Positions 34,368 to 42,545 of a stretch of DNA of 64,000 nt are shown here, one piece after another. How positions within the stretch are numbered: the stretch's first letter is position 1; each line of letters starts with the position of its first letter. Source of the stretch: a virus (lineage: Duplodnaviria; Caudoviricetes); IMG/VR virus record IMGVR_UViG_3300005546_000003, positions 9,617 to 73,616 of that record. One strand, written 5' to 3'. Position numbers and translations under genes: made by a program. A model generated the notes under the pieces. That model did not search any database and was not told where the DNA came from. It worked only from the letters and a program-made list of their open reading frames with translations.

Positions 34368-34397
34368 TTGACTCTAAGCTGATCCTTGTGGTATCAT
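34368..34397 (+). promoter_or_regulatory. sigma70-type promoter, leaderless for DNA polymerase
   Basis: TTGACT-18-TATCAT with TG; ATG at 34405. Confidence 0.65.
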
Positions 34398-34404
34398 GCT
34401 GCCC

Positions 34405-37167
34405 ATGCAGCAGATACTTTCTCAGTTACCGATAATCAAGAATCGCCCCCGAGCTCACCCTAGCTCTTGCTCTGGCTGTCCGCTTGATAAGCTTGGGGTT
34501 GGCTTTGCAGAGCCAGAGGGCAAATGTACTCTCGGCGTCTTGATTGTAGGTGAAGCTCTAGGAGAAGCTGAGTCTAAAGACTCTCTTCCCTTTAGACCTT
34601 ATGCTCAAGCAGGTTCAGTTCTTGATAGAATAATTAGAAAGGCAACTTTTAGCCGTGAACAGTTTGGATTCTTTAACCTCGTCAATTGCAGGCCCCCAGA
34701 CAACGCCCTCGACGGAGCCCCTTGGGAGCTCGGAGCGGTCAACCATTGCAGTCCAAATCTCCGTAGAGTTGTCGAGCATTTCCGCCCTAAGGTCATACTC
34801 GCGCTTGGTGGAGTCCCTCTTCGACACCTTACAGGCATGGCGGGCCGAAAGCGAGGGATCTCCCTGCTTCGAGGTTTCGCTCTCCAGGCAATTCAATATC
34901 GGGGAGACGACGGAAGACCACTAACTGTTATATCAAGTTATCATCCCAGCTTTATAGCTAGGGGAGCTAGTAAGTTAATTGGAGTCCTAATTAGGGATAT
35001 CCAATTCGCAGTCCAGGTTGCTAGGGAGGGCATAGAGCGTGAAACGCCACATTACATTGAATTTCCCACGGCTAAGGATGCAAGTGAATTTATACATGAG
35101 CTGGAACAGGATATCTCAGCTCCTGTCGCTTACGATATCGAGACAGACTATTCGACCAGAGAGGCCGATGAAAGTGAGCTCCAAGGTAGAGGGGCTATTA
35201 CGCAGATTCAGTTCTCCCTGCGGCCAGGAAGCGCCATCGTTTGCCCGTGGCAGGGAAGATGGATAGAATTTAGCAAAAAGGTTCTAGCTAGCCCGAACCC
35301 CAAATGGGGCTGGAACAGCGCAGGCTTTGACGATAGGATACTAAAGGCTAATGGCATTCAAATCTCAGGTCCTCGGCACGATCTCATGCGAGCATGGGGA
35401 CATTCGCAACCTGACCTTCCCAAAGGGCTCCAGTATGCTACGAGTTTCTATGCCCCTACGTTGCCCCCTTGGAAGCACTTGGCTGACAGTCAAGCCGAGT
35501 TCTATGGGGGACTTGACGTTGATAGTGTTCAGAGGATCGGGCGAAAGATCTTTACTGACCTTTCAGCGGCTGGAATCAGGAGTGGCTATGACCGACACGT
35601 CGCAGGGCTCATTCCAGTTCTTGAACGAATGTGCGCTCGGGGGCTCCCAGTTGACCCAAAGCGTAGGGAGGCTTTTAGAGCGGAAGTTGAACTGGCGCGT
35701 AAAGCTGCTGGTGAAAGCATTCAAGAGCTTGTTCCAGAAGAGCTCAAGCAAAAGCACCCAGCTCAAGGATATAAAGTCAATCCCAAGCCCATCCGGCTCT
35801 GGCTCGCTGAGGCTGGCATCAAGTTCAAGCCAAAAGAAGACCGGCACTACAGCCCAGAGCTCATCGAAGCGGCCAAAGCTGAGGGTTATAGATGGGGGAG
35901 CTTCGAGGGCCAAGAACGGTTCTACCAAGAGCTCCCGTTCCTTGCGACCTCTACCCAACAGGTCTTGGCCTACATCAGGGCCAAGGGGCACAGGGTCCCG
36001 CTAGGGCTGAAGAGTCGAAAGGAGACTACTGAGAAGAAAGAGCTACTGAGACTGGCTCAGAGGACTGGAGATAACTTTTATCTCAAAGTAGTAGAGTATC
36101 GAGAGCTTCTAAAAGTAGTTTCTACTTATATCGACGGCTGGGACTTGGATAGTGAGGGGAGAGTTCATAGCACTATTCTTCCTGGCCCAGCAACAGGACA
36201 GCTAGCTAGTAGAGATCCTAATATACAGAATATCCCGAAAGCCGGAAAGTTAGCTAAGGCCTTTAGAAACATCATTGTCCCAAAGACTGGCCATGCTCTC
36301 GTAGCATTTGACTTTGTTGGATTCCACAGCTTAATGACTGGGTATCTTGCAAAAGACCCAGGCTTCATGCTATTATCAAGGCTGGGAATCCATGATTATC
36401 TCAGTGGGCACTTACTAAGGCTGCCAAAGGTGGATGAGTGGTTAGGCTGGTCAATCGAAGATCTAGCTGCCATTCTAGCAGAAACAAAAGAGAAACACCC
36501 AGACACAAGGAGAAAAGCAAAGTCTGCCCTTCATGGATACAACTTCGGAATGAAGGCGCAACGACTGTATGATGAAAACATTGAAAACTTCAAATCCAAA
36601 AAAGAAGCCCAAGATATCCTTACGATGCTTGATAGCCTCTTCCCTAGAGAAGCGGCATGGAGGGAAGAGGTCAAAGAGCTCGCAGCGAGACAGACATATC
36701 TCTTGTCTCCACACGGTTATATTAGACGATTCTATGATGTCTACCACAATCGAGAAGTCAGCCGGAGCTACGAGCCCCAGCATGGAGACAGACTCTTTAG
36801 CAGAGGGGGGAAACTATACAAGCGCATAACTGGAGAAGAAGCAGAAGATGCTATAGCTTTTGGGCCTGCTAACTGTGCCTTTGGTGAGATCAAGGATAGA
36901 ATGCTAGTTTGTGAGGAGCTGGATTATAATGCAAGATTTCGACTCATTAACCAGATCCATGACGAATTATTTTTTGAGCCTCCTGTTAAATTGGTGGATG
37001 AATGTTTGGCTTCTGTTGCGGAGGTTATGGAGAGTGCAAGTAAGGTATTGATTGATCCTGAGGTTGCCCCCAATGGATTGAAGGTAGGGGTTGAAGCCTC
37101 AGTTGGATATGATAGTTGGGCTCAAATGAAAACAGTTTACCAGACTGATGTAAGGAGCTTATTGTAA
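34405..37167 (+). CDS. family A DNA polymerase fused to N-terminal uracil-DNA glycosylase (family 4-like) and 3'-5' exonuclease
   Basis: UDG: CSGCPL, IVGEA, NLVNCRPP, YHPS; exo YDIET; pol ATGQLASRDPNIQNIP, K..., IHDEL. Confidence 0.92.
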   Translation: MQQILSQLPIIKNRPRAHPSSCSGCPLDKLGVGFAEPEGKCTLGVLIVGEALGEAESKDSLPFRPYAQAGSVLDRIIRKATFSREQFGFFNLVNCRPPDNALDGAPWELGAVNHCSPNLRRVVEHFRPKVILALGGVPLRHLTGMAGRKRGISLLRGFALQAIQYRGDDGRPLTVISSYHPSFIARGASKLIGVLIRDIQFAVQVAREGIERETPHYIEFPTAKDASEFIHELEQDISAPVAYDIETDYSTREADESELQGRGAITQIQFSLRPGSAIVCPWQGRWIEFSKKVLASPNPKWGWNSAGFDDRILKANGIQISGPRHDLMRAWGHSQPDLPKGLQYATSFYAPTLPPWKHLADSQAEFYGGLDVDSVQRIGRKIFTDLSAAGIRSGYDRHVAGLIPVLERMCARGLPVDPKRREAFRAEVELARKAAGESIQELVPEELKQKHPAQGYKVNPKPIRLWLAEAGIKFKPKEDRHYSPELIEAAKAEGYRWGSFEGQERFYQELPFLATSTQQVLAYIRAKGHRVPLGLKSRKETTEKKELLRLAQRTGDNFYLKVVEYRELLKVVSTYIDGWDLDSEGRVHSTILPGPATGQLASRDPNIQNIPKAGKLAKAFRNIIVPKTGHALVAFDFVGFHSLMTGYLAKDPGFMLLSRLGIHDYLSGHLLRLPKVDEWLGWSIEDLAAILAETKEKHPDTRRKAKSALHGYNFGMKAQRLYDENIENFKSKKEAQDILTMLDSLFPREAAWREEVKELAARQTYLLSPHGYIRRFYDVYHNREVSRSYEPQHGDRLFSRGGKLYKRITGEEAEDAIAFGPANCAFGEIKDRMLVCEELDYNARFRLINQIHDELFFEPPVKLVDECLASVAEVMESASKVLIDPEVAPNGLKVGVEASVGYDSWAQMKTVYQTDVRSLL

Positions 37168-37171
37168 GGCC

Positions 37172-37684
37172 ATGCTAAAGAAATCTGACATCTGCACCAA
37201 CATAAACGAGCCAGAGGACAAAGATATCCTAACCCGACCGCTCTTCGCAGTCAACATGAGGCTTTTTAGGACCAGTCCCAAGTATAAGGCTCTAGTCCTA
37301 GCAGCTTGTGACTACATAGCTGAATGCTGCCAGCATGAGCAGGATGGGAGGGAGAGCTATATTGGCTTCAGCGGAGCTAATGCTGGGGTGCCTTGGGATA
37401 TTATAGCTGTCAAGCGGGCCAACGGAACTGGACCAATCGTGATGCTTAATACCGCTCTGGAGATGAGTCAGAGAGCTCCTATGAAATCTTACGAGTCTTG
37501 TGGCTCTATTCCTAATGGGCGCACGTTCATGGTAGACAGAGACCCTCAGGTTGTGGCGATTTACTACAACCGTGAGGGGCAGAGGAGTAGTTACGTCTCA
37601 GACGGTTTCAGCGAAAGCACCGTTATTCAACACGAAGTAGACCACAATGATGGAATATTATTGACAGATAGGGCAATCAAGTGA
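37172..37684 (+). CDS. def: peptide deformylase
   Basis: GFSGANAG (motif 1 variant), ESCGSI (EGCLS variant), QHEVDHNDG. Confidence 0.8.
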   Translation: MLKKSDICTNINEPEDKDILTRPLFAVNMRLFRTSPKYKALVLAACDYIAECCQHEQDGRESYIGFSGANAGVPWDIIAVKRANGTGPIVMLNTALEMSQRAPMKSYESCGSIPNGRTFMVDRDPQVVAIYYNREGQRSSYVSDGFSESTVIQHEVDHNDGILLTDRAIK

Positions 37685-37815
37685 GACAACCAATAATCTA
37701 CGGCTCCTACCAGCAGATTCTCGCTAGAGAGCGGAGGCTGGGGTTGAGGCTAAAAGAGTTCAGTTGGAGCTTAGGCTATTTGGTTATTGTGTTGCTTAGG
37801 AAGGCTAAGGTCTAG

Positions 37816-38061
37816 ATGACTCGACCAACAGAATCTGAAATCCTAATCGAACGAGCCGAAGGCACCAAGTGTCCTAGGTGCTGGAACTACCACAAAGTCC
37901 GAAAGAACTTCATGGATATGTGTGATAGATGCCAGCTAGCTTGCCTAGAGGGAGCGGCTGACTGGGTAGCTAACGGCCAGCTCACGCAAGAGGAAGCCGA
38001 TCAGCTAGTAGCAGGAATAAAGGAGAGCGCAGAGCAATGGCGGAGCCAAACAATAAAGTAG
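37816..38061 (+). CDS. stand-alone IleRS-C-terminal/FPG-type zinc finger protein
   Basis: ERAEGTKCPRCWNY...MCDRC. Confidence 0.6.
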   Translation: MTRPTESEILIERAEGTKCPRCWNYHKVRKNFMDMCDRCQLACLEGAADWVANGQLTQEEADQLVAGIKESAEQWRSQTIK

Positions 38062-38234
38062 TCCTAGACTCCCTCCGGGGAGTCCGCAGGACTCTAGACC
38101 ACAAATGCAAAGCCTGTGGCGGCGATCAGTATTGGTTCTGGTGGGAAACCAAGAAGCGAGAAGTTTACCAGTGCGCTAATGAAGATTGCAATGTTTTGTT
38201 TATAGAGGAGCTAAGAGAGGAAATTGTGATATGA
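38037..38234 (+). CDS. small zinc-ribbon protein
   Basis: CKAC...YQCANEDC. Confidence 0.55.
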   Translation: MAEPNNKVVLDSLRGVRRTLDHKCKACGGDQYWFWWETKKREVYQCANEDCNVLFIEELREEIVI

Positions 38235-38322
38235 ATTGGGAATTCGTTGGCTACGGAGCTGTTGGACTGGGGATTGTCTTGGGTCTTTATCTCTGGATAT
38301 CACATTACGACAGGAACCAAGA

Positions 38323-38883
38323 CTAGAGAATCGAATCTGCAAGTCCAATTTTAACTGCTGCCTTTGGTGAGAGCCAAGTGTTGTAACCATACTTAGAGTT
38401 CATTTCTCTCACACTCAAGCCCATCTGGTCTGCTAGGATTTTATAGTATCTATCTCTAATTTGAACACAAGCCTTAGCAGTTCTAGCAGTATTCTCATCT
38501 AAATCTTCTCCTGTAGAACTATGACCGGGGTGAATCATAAACTCTGTATTGGCCCCAAGCACTCGCTCATCTCCTGCCTGAAGTACAATAACCGCAGTGC
38601 TAACTATGGCTCCATAGCCAATGATCTTTACGGCTAATGGACAAGCTCGAATAAGGTCAAAAATTCCCAGCCCAGCTGTCTTGGAGCCTCCGAAGCTATT
38701 CAGGTAAATAGTAATTGGCTCCCCCGCAAACCCCAGCAAGTGCAGCCCTTTAGCTAATTGGTCAGCCATTTGCTGGTTGATTTCACCAGCCAGGAAAATT
38801 GTAGAGCTCGGGACAAAAAGGTGGTCCCTAAACAGGCCCGCACTCATCGAATCCAGTTGTTCGGGTTGAATTATTACGGACAT
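38323..38883 (-). CDS. ClpP-like protease subunit
   Basis: IFLAGEIN, IYLNSFGG, IVST, FMIHP, WLSPKAAVKIGLAD. Confidence 0.8.
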   Translation of the reverse strand: MSVIIQPEQLDSMSAGLFRDHLFVPSSTIFLAGEINQQMADQLAKGLHLLGFAGEPITIYLNSFGGSKTAGLGIFDLIRACPLAVKIIGYGAIVSTAVIVLQAGDERVLGANTEFMIHPGHSSTGEDLDENTARTAKACVQIRDRYYKILADQMGLSVREMNSKYGYNTWLSPKAAVKIGLADSIL

Positions 38884-39205
38884 CTTTTAGCTCCTCATAC
38901 AAGTAACCCATTACATTGAACATAATTGCACAGAGAGCTTCCTCTTTACTCTCTCTAGCTTCTTCGCTCCAGCCTCTATGGTGAAGCCACAGGTCATGAA
39001 AGTGTCGCCAGAGGCTTTTGATGTAGGCATCCTTTGGTATTCCTCGCTGCCAGTTATCTGAAGCTCTTGTGTTTCCATCTGCCTGAACTCGGTTCTTAGC
39101 CATGTACTCGCTGAAGCGCAGTAGAACTACAGGGCTAAAGAACCCCTCTGGGTCAAACTTTCCTTCGTCGGTATCTCTGGTTGCTCCGGTGCTGAATTGT
39201 CGCAT
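38828..39205 (-). CDS. DUF5664-like dATP/dGTP diphosphohydrolase-family protein
   Basis: QFSTGATRD, DNWQRGIP, SLWRH. Confidence 0.7.
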   Translation of the reverse strand: MRQFSTGATRDTDEGKFDPEGFFSPVVLLRFSEYMAKNRVQADGNTRASDNWQRGIPKDAYIKSLWRHFHDLWLHHRGWSEEARESKEEALCAIMFNVMGYLYEELKDVRNNSTRTTGFDECGPV

Positions 39206-39429
39206 TCTGTCCTTCCTGTTATCCAGTTAAAGATTCTTCGCAGAGTGTAGCTGCGAGCTATGCTAACTGCCGTAAACCAAGTTGTGAGGATAACCTGGGT
39301 CCCTAGTGTGACTTTAATTCCATAAGCTCCTAGAATGATAATGTTGGAGACGAGGCCTATGGTATAACCTACTGCTACATTGACTAGGCTTTCAATAAAA
39401 CTGCCCTTTCGAGTCTGTCCATAACTCAT
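39127..39429 (-). CDS. small membrane protein
   Basis: QTRKGSFIESLVNVAVGY...SIARSYTLRRIFN. Confidence 0.7.
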   Translation of the reverse strand: MSYGQTRKGSFIESLVNVAVGYTIGLVSNIIILGAYGIKVTLGTQVILTTWFTAVSIARSYTLRRIFNWITGRTECDNSAPEQPEIPTKESLTQRGSLAL

Positions 39430-39433
39430 AAAC

Positions 39434-40180
39434 TTAGCCTCCTTTAGTTATCGCTGCCGTGAAGTTTCTACCACAGCTTTGGCAGCTCATGATTTGCTTC
39501 CTAACTCCAGCGGCTGTTATTCGATACCCCCTACGTTGAACTTTGGAGCTGGCACATCCTGGGCAGTCTGCTTTAGATCCCCCAGCCATTACCGCTGCGT
39601 GGGTCTTAACTGGAGCATAAGCTTGGAGCTTGTGAAAGACATCCTCTACTAGCACAACGTCTCGTTTGCAGTAGGAGATCATCTTAGCTAAAGCTGCTTT
39701 GTTGTTCTCCAGCGTGACCTTCCGCCATAGCCCGCCATAATCTTCTATCTTCTCTTTGCCTCCAACTCCAAGAAACTGACCTATATAATCTAGACGATTA
39801 GAGTTAAACTTGAACCTGCCTCTGCTAATCTTCAGTGTATCAACCCCTTGAATTAACACAGACATAGGAATGCCATGAAAAGCACATCTAGTTCTAAGCC
39901 ATTTGAGATCGAACTTATCACTATTATGCCCGATAACTTCCGTTGCGGACTCTAGGATTTTGACAAATTCCTGGAGAAGTTGTTTGTCGTCCCCATTGTC
40001 CCATCTTAGGCAATAAACCCTACGTTCCCCTTCCCACTTATAGCAAGCACAAATTATAGCCCGTTCCTTAACGATGTTCTGATATGGAATAGTTTGCTCC
40101 CAACCAGCACTCCAACAAAGAGCCACATTGGGGCTAACCTCTAGGTCAAAGAACAATCTGCGAATCTTTGGTTTACTCAT
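39434..40180 (-). CDS. RNase H-fold (DEDD-type) exonuclease with C-terminal zinc ribbon
   Basis: FFDLE, GHNSDKFD, DTL, NRLDY, YCKRDV; CPGC...CQSC. Confidence 0.85.
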   Translation of the reverse strand: MSKPKIRRLFFDLEVSPNVALCWSAGWEQTIPYQNIVKERAIICACYKWEGERRVYCLRWDNGDDKQLLQEFVKILESATEVIGHNSDKFDLKWLRTRCAFHGIPMSVLIQGVDTLKISRGRFKFNSNRLDYIGQFLGVGGKEKIEDYGGLWRKVTLENNKAALAKMISYCKRDVVLVEDVFHKLQAYAPVKTHAAVMAGGSKADCPGCASSKVQRRGYRITAAGVRKQIMSCQSCGRNFTAAITKGG

Positions 40181-40292
40181 AAAGTCCTCTAAAGGCGCGA
40201 GGGCAGATTACCTTAGCTAAGGTTTTACCCGAGCTGCGCTCGGAACTGCCACGACTTTGCGCCATCATGGGGTGAGGGAAATTCCTCCCCGC

Positions 40293-40508
40293 TTAAACTA
40301 CAGGCGTTCCGCTAACGGGGCTCACGTTTTGTCTCACTATCCAAGTCAACAGAGCGCCCATAAAGATATCTAGCTCAACAACCTGGGCAGTCGTTATCGG
40401 GGCACCAAATGATACCATTAACAAGATGCCGGTGTGGACTAGAAATGCGGTAGCCACAGGCTCGCCACGGATGCGGCTCCAGATGAATTTTAGGATTTTA
40501 GAAATAAT
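40293..40508 (-). CDS. putative holin (not in ORF track; start uncertain)
   Basis: RIRGEPVATAFLV...ITTAQV...WIVRQNVSP, two TM segments, directly after lysozyme. Confidence 0.6.
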   Translation of the reverse strand: MISKILKFIWSRIRGEPVATAFLVHTGILLMVSFGAPITTAQVVELDIFMGALLTWIVRQNVSPVSGTPVV

Positions 40509-40939
40509 TCTCTCTCCCTAGCTCGACGCTTGATTAGTCCAGGAAGCGCCTTTGGTGGCTTGCCTGCAAAGATCCAGCGCCCGAATTGCTCGGCAGCTCC
40601 GGCGTAGTCGCGGCGATTTAGTTTGCGAAGCAAGGTTGATTTGGCAAGGTTGCCTGAGCCGAGGTTAAATATAAAGGAAACAAGAGCCGCGAACTGGTTG
40701 TCCGAAATTGGTACACTCACCAGTTTCTCTACAGCTCGCTCAGCGCTAGCTAGATCATCCCGCAAGAGCTGCTCAGCTCTAGCTTGGGTGATTTTGTCTC
40801 CTATCTTGAGTTTGTCTTTTGCTAGAACCAGATGCCCGTAGCCCACAGTGGGAAGACCCACGGGATCGCGGTAAACCACGAGCCGTAGGCCTTCTGATTG
40901 CTGGATTAGCTCTAGTCCTGCTTGATTTATCTTACGCAC
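40490..40939 (-). CDS. endolysin, phage lysozyme (GH24)
   Basis: LIQQSEGLRL..YRDPVGLPTVGYGH, QFAALVSFIFNLG, GLIKRR..E. Confidence 0.92.
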   Translation of the reverse strand: MRKINQAGLELIQQSEGLRLVVYRDPVGLPTVGYGHLVLAKDKLKIGDKITQARAEQLLRDDLASAERAVEKLVSVPISDNQFAALVSFIFNLGSGNLAKSTLLRKLNRRDYAGAAEQFGRWIFAGKPPKALPGLIKRRARERELFLKS

Positions 40940-40945
40940 AACGGG

Positions 40946-40974
40946 ATTCTACCTTGTTGGCTGGGATTTGTCAA
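40946..40974 (-). promoter_or_regulatory. sigma70-type promoter, leaderless for endolysin
   Basis: TTGACA-17-TAGAAT; GTG begins 7 nt downstream. Confidence 0.75.
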
Positions 40975-40983
40975 GCCTTAGGG

Positions 40984-41190
40984 CTAGGCGCTTGGGGTAT
41001 TGGCTACCACTGCATCGCTGAGCTTAGTGCTTTCAGCCTTGAGGGAATCTACTACTGCCTGGAGGGCAACAGGATCTACACCTGCTTGGGCAATGCGATC
41101 TGCAATGCCGTTAATGAGCACAATAGCACTCTCCTGGACCGTAACGCTTGCTTCTACAGCAGCTTTCAGGTCGTCGATTGACTGGGACAT
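40984..41190 (-). CDS. small helical protein in lysis region
   Basis: DDLKAAV...DPVALQAVVDSL...AVVANTP. Confidence 0.7.
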   Translation of the reverse strand: MSQSIDDLKAAVEASVTVQESAIVLINGIADRIAQAGVDPVALQAVVDSLKAESTKLSDAVVANTPSA

Positions 41191-41193
41191 ATT

Positions 41194-41436
41194 TTAGTTT
41201 TCCTTTTCTTGGGGTTGGTTAGAGTCAACGGCGGCATCGAGGGCCTCCGTAGCTTGGTTGAGTTTGGCAACTTGAGCTTCGATTGCGTCTTTGTCTTGAC
41301 CGGCTATGGCTTGGGCTATAATAGCCAGCCACTTGCCGGTACTATCGGCATGGCGGTTAACCGCGCCGATAAGGGCATTGAGCTTGAAATCGAGAGCTGC
41401 AAATTGCCGCTCACTGAATTTGGTGCATTCCCTCAT
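41194..41436 (-). CDS. small helical protein in lysis region
   Basis: C-terminus resembles the 40984 ORF. Confidence 0.65.
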   Translation of the reverse strand: MRECTKFSERQFAALDFKLNALIGAVNRHADSTGKWLAIIAQAIAGQDKDAIEAQVAKLNQATEALDAAVDSNQPQEKEN

Positions 41437-41439
41437 GAG

Positions 41440-41589
41440 TTAGCACTGGAAATCAGGGTCATTGGGGAAGGCCGCACGGATTGAGTTAAATACTTTAACG
41501 CAAATCTTTCGGACCTTTTCTTTCTTAGCTGGGTTCTTAATGACTCCGAGCAGGATGCTCACGGCCATATTGATCAACATTTCTTCCAT
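41440..41589 (-). CDS. small protein (49 aa), lysis region
   Basis: SD AAAGGA before ATG 41589, downstream of promoter 41623-41652. Confidence 0.6.
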   Translation of the reverse strand: MEEMLINMAVSILLGVIKNPAKKEKVRKICVKVFNSIRAAFPNDPDFQC

Positions 41590-41622
41590 TGGTTTTTCCT
41601 TTCTTTGCAAAGAAGTAGCTAG

Positions 41623-41652
41623 AGTATACCCTAGCTGGAGGGAGTTTGTCAA
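41623..41652 (-). promoter_or_regulatory. sigma70-type promoter heading lysis cassette
   Basis: TTGACA-18-TATACT. Confidence 0.7.
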
Positions 41653-41655
41653 GAC

Positions 41656-42045
41656 TTATTGCTGCAATACGCCCCAGATAATTGCAGCCACACCGATGGC
41701 TCCAACAATGTAGCCCCACCAGTTGGCAAGGCTTTTGTTGCCGCCTTGTTGCGCTAGGACATAGGCTAGGATTGGGTCTATCTTGGTGTCTACCTTTTCT
41801 ATAGCTGCCTTAAGGTCATCCTTAGTAGCATAATGTCCCCTCTCGCTATTGATTTGCTCGCGCAGCTCGTTGGCTTTTTCGTCCTTATAGGTCTGGATTT
41901 CCCGAGCCAACAACAGAGCGTTCCGGTCTGCTTCGTCTTTTATCTTGAGGGCTTTCTCACGCTCTTGGGCCACTTCACTATAGCGGCGGTCGCTCTCGCG
42001 GGCTAGAATTGCGAGCTCTCTGTGGGTTAAGTTTATGTCATACAT
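41656..42045 (-). CDS. coiled-coil protein with C-terminal TM
   Basis: heptad-rich; WWGYIVGAIGVAAIIW. Confidence 0.7.
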   Translation of the reverse strand: MYDINLTHRELAILARESDRRYSEVAQEREKALKIKDEADRNALLLAREIQTYKDEKANELREQINSERGHYATKDDLKAAIEKVDTKIDPILAYVLAQQGGNKSLANWWGYIVGAIGVAAIIWGVLQQ

Positions 42046-42539
42046 TACTGAGGCTTCGATACGAGGAAGTTCCTTTCTATAGCTTGGAGGGTAGAGGTAG
42101 TAGCTTGGGAGGTAGCTTCCATTCCCTTGAGAGCTATCACTACTTCAGCTAGAGCTTGGGTTTGTTCAACGTGGTTTCTGGCTAAATGGCGGTCAGCCCG
42201 TTCGAATCTCTCCCTACCCTCTTTGACCCAGTCAGCTATAGTTTGAACTAGGGGTCTAAGGTCAGTAGCCGCACTTAGACGGCCTATTTCTTCTGACTTG
42301 GCTACGCTTTCATTCCGGAGCCTGTCTACTGTCTCGCGGCGCACTTTGAGCTCTTCGGCTTGAGCATTAACGGCTAGGGTGAGTTGAGCTATTTCATCTG
42401 CCTGCCCTTGCTTGCTGCGACGAGAAAAGAATTGCCAGCCATTAAGAATGGATAAAACTCCAAGTCCGAGCCATTGAATTACAGCGGCGGTTGGAGAGAG
42501 GAGGATAGTTGGGAGGTCAATTAGAAGTAGTGAAGTCAT
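42045..42539 (-). CDS. membrane-anchored coiled-coil protein
   Basis: N-terminal TM then coiled coil. Confidence 0.65.
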   Translation of the reverse strand: MTSLLLIDLPTILLSPTAAVIQWLGLGVLSILNGWQFFSRRSKQGQADEIAQLTLAVNAQAEELKVRRETVDRLRNESVAKSEEIGRLSAATDLRPLVQTIADWVKEGRERFERADRHLARNHVEQTQALAEVVIALKGMEATSQATTSTLQAIERNFLVSKPQ

Positions 42540-42545
42540 TTTAGT

